Part shown: piece after piece, positions 56,886-58,122 of the stretch
Layout: every line of letters starts with the position of its first letter
Position numbering within the stretch: the first letter of the stretch is position 1
NCBI GenBank assembly: GCA_012515125.1
Contig: JAAYYY010000081.1
Location: 1 to 58,122, forward strand
Length of the DNA stretch: 58,122 bases
Direction of reading: 5' to 3'
DNA from: Chloroflexota bacterium
GTDB taxonomy: Bacteria; Chloroflexota; Anaerolineae; Promineifilales; Promineifilaceae
Position numbers and translations under genes: made by a program
Notes under the pieces: generated by a model
What the model was told of the DNA's origin: nothing
The model's database searches: none
What the model saw: only the letters and a program-made list of their open reading frames with translations

Positions 56886-57251
56886 ATGGAGACCCGTTTC
56901 ATCGGCGAGCCCATCCAGGTGGAGTTTGACGAGGCGCCGCTTCTGGAGAAGAAGCCGGGCTGCCCGGACCGTTTTGTGTGGGGAGAGCAGCGGTTTACGG
57001 TTGTGGAAATGCTGGCGGAGTGGCATGATTACGAGCGGCGGGGGCGCATGTCGCGCAATATGCAGCCGGCGCATCTGGAGCGGGCCCGCGTAAAGGGCTC
57101 GTGGGGCGTGGGGCGGGATTTCTATCGCGTGCGCACGGTCGAGGGCCGTGTCTTCGAGATTTACTTTGACCGCGCGCCGATAGACGCCGATCGCGGCAGC
57201 AGCGGTTGGACGCTGCGGCTGGAACGGTTCGCCGGCACAGACGACGAGTGA
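56886..57251 (+). CDS. Small conserved hypothetical protein (possibly DUF6504-like; from memory)
   Basis: I prefer the ATG at 56886, because the ORF-track ATG at 56877 overlaps the TATAAT box. The translation METRFIGEPIQVEFDE...FVWGEQRFTVVEMLAEWHDYERRG...GRDFYRVRTVEGRVFEIYFDRAP reads like a small beta-rich protein. Confidence 0.5.
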   Translation: METRFIGEPIQVEFDEAPLLEKKPGCPDRFVWGEQRFTVVEMLAEWHDYERRGRMSRNMQPAHLERARVKGSWGVGRDFYRVRTVEGRVFEIYFDRAPIDADRGSSGWTLRLERFAGTDDE

Positions 57252-57274
57252 CCACATAACCGGAGAGGAAAACA

Positions 57275-57964
57275 ATGGACGTATCGATAGCGTACCGGCC
57301 GGCCTATTCGCTGGGCACAATTACCCTGGGCGGCAACGAAGAGGTGCGGGTGGAAGGGGGCTCGATGGTGGGGATGTCGGCGGGCATCACGCTGGAGACG
57401 GCGGCGACGGGCGGCTTCTTCAAGTCGCTGGGGCGGGCGCTGCTGGGAGGCGAGAGCTTCTTCCAGAACACGTACCGGGCGCCGGCTGGGGGCGGCGAGC
57501 TGATGGTGGGGCCGGCGCTGCCGGGCGACCTGATCGTGCTGACGCTGGCGGGCGAGAGCCTGATGGTCCAGTCGGGCTCCTACGTGGCCTCGGAGATGGG
57601 CATCGAGGTGGATACGCGGTGGGGCGGGGCGAAGACCTTTTTCGCCTCGGAAGGGCTGATCATGCTGCAGGCCTCGGGCAGCGGGAAGCTGGTGCTGTCG
57701 TCGTACGGGGCGATCCACGAGCTGGAGCTGGGGCCGGGGCAGCGCTATACGGTAGATACGGGCCACCTCGTCGCCTTTGACGAGGCAATGGGCTTTGAGG
57801 TGCGCCGCGTGGGCGGGCTGAAGTCCACGCTGTTCAGCGGCGAAGGGCTGGTGGTAGATCTCGCCGGGCCCGGCCGCGTGCTGATGCAGACACGCTCGGC
57901 CGACGCCTTCCTCTCCTGGCTGATCCCGCAGATCCCACAGCGGAGCAGCGGCAGCAGCCAGTAG
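57275..57964 (+). CDS. AIM24/TIGR00266-family protein (DUF124)
   Basis: 229 aa. RVEGGSMVGMS...GGFFKSLGRALLGGESFFQNTY...SGSYVASE...FASEGLIMLQASGSGKLVLSSYGAI...VDTGHLVAFD...GEGLVVDLAGPGRVLMQTRS. Confidence 0.8.
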   Translation: MDVSIAYRPAYSLGTITLGGNEEVRVEGGSMVGMSAGITLETAATGGFFKSLGRALLGGESFFQNTYRAPAGGGELMVGPALPGDLIVLTLAGESLMVQSGSYVASEMGIEVDTRWGGAKTFFASEGLIMLQASGSGKLVLSSYGAIHELELGPGQRYTVDTGHLVAFDEAMGFEVRRVGGLKSTLFSGEGLVVDLAGPGRVLMQTRSADAFLSWLIPQIPQRSSGSSQ

Positions 57965-58122
57965 AGGAGCGGCTAGCCGTCGAAGCGGCGCAGGAGCGCC
58001 ACGAGGACGTCGATCGCCAGCAAGGCCGTTCCTGATTTCACCTCGTTCATGACATGCTCCGCATAGGGAAAGAGCAGTCTGCCGCCGGCTCAGGCGCGGG
58101 CGTGGCGGCCCCGCAGGGCGTC

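Noticed and set aside
1-58122. Search for a CRISPR array, since a cas operon is present.
   Set aside because: I read every intergenic gap and none contains regularly spaced direct repeats. The only tandem repeat seen (45361-45396) is two 18-bp units with no spacer, inside a protease linker. A short or degenerate array inside a region I called coding cannot be excluded without a repeat-finding program.
57974-58122. A 25-codon minus-strand ORF (57974-58051), and the last 33 nt of the window (58090-58122), which look like the 3' end of a minus-strand gene.
   Set aside because: Both are too short to support a call.

Overview
This is a 58.1-kb high-GC bacterial chromosomal segment. Taxonomy cannot be established from the window. 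The gene content and two TATAAT-N7-ATG (leaderless-type) starts would fit a Chloroflexota-like or similar high-GC lineage. The window has four blocks. (1) 1-10.05 kb is a visibly AT-richer island with a WYL-domain regulator and a compact co-directional cas3-cas8(like)-cas7-cas5-cas6 type I-like interference operon. I found no cas1/cas2/cas4 and no CRISPR array anywhere in the window. The island ends in a decayed HNH-endonuclease gene and a 1,461-bp IS (24-bp terminal inverted repeats, rve/DDE transposase). The IS truncates both of its neighbours: the HNH remnant and an L-aspartate dehydrogenase gene. (2) 11.3-38.2 kb is a large carbohydrate-utilisation locus. It holds an esterase, a GH13 alpha-glucosidase, a GH94 phosphorylase, two solute-binding proteins, two CUT1-type permease pairs, a GH144-like lipoprotein, a LacI regulator, a GH35-like enzyme, a sulfatase and a GH3 beta-glucosidase. 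Nested inside it is an uncharacterised cassette: a giant SBP with CBM-like modules, a permease pair, an NHL-TPR-Yip1 membrane protein and a DUF5696-like protein. (3) 38.2-48.8 kb carries housekeeping-type genes: yjbQ, a thioredoxin-TPR protein, an ABC-2 exporter, a HAD hydrolase, a 2H phosphoesterase, cutA, an HtrA-like protease and an unpaired DNA-repair-type radical SAM gene. (4) 48.8-55.0 kb is a MacB/FtsX-type tripartite exporter with two ATPase genes and a divergent TetR regulator. It is followed by an AT-rich islet with a long, frameshifted Mrr-like restriction endonuclease, and then a small hypothetical gene plus an AIM24-family gene. The items most worth follow-up are the orphan, architecturally mosaic Cas interference module, the IS-made junction that may explain its missing parts, and the uncharacterised giant-SBP/NHL-Yip1/DUF5696-like cassette. 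All family assignments come from reading motifs in the translations. No database search was run.
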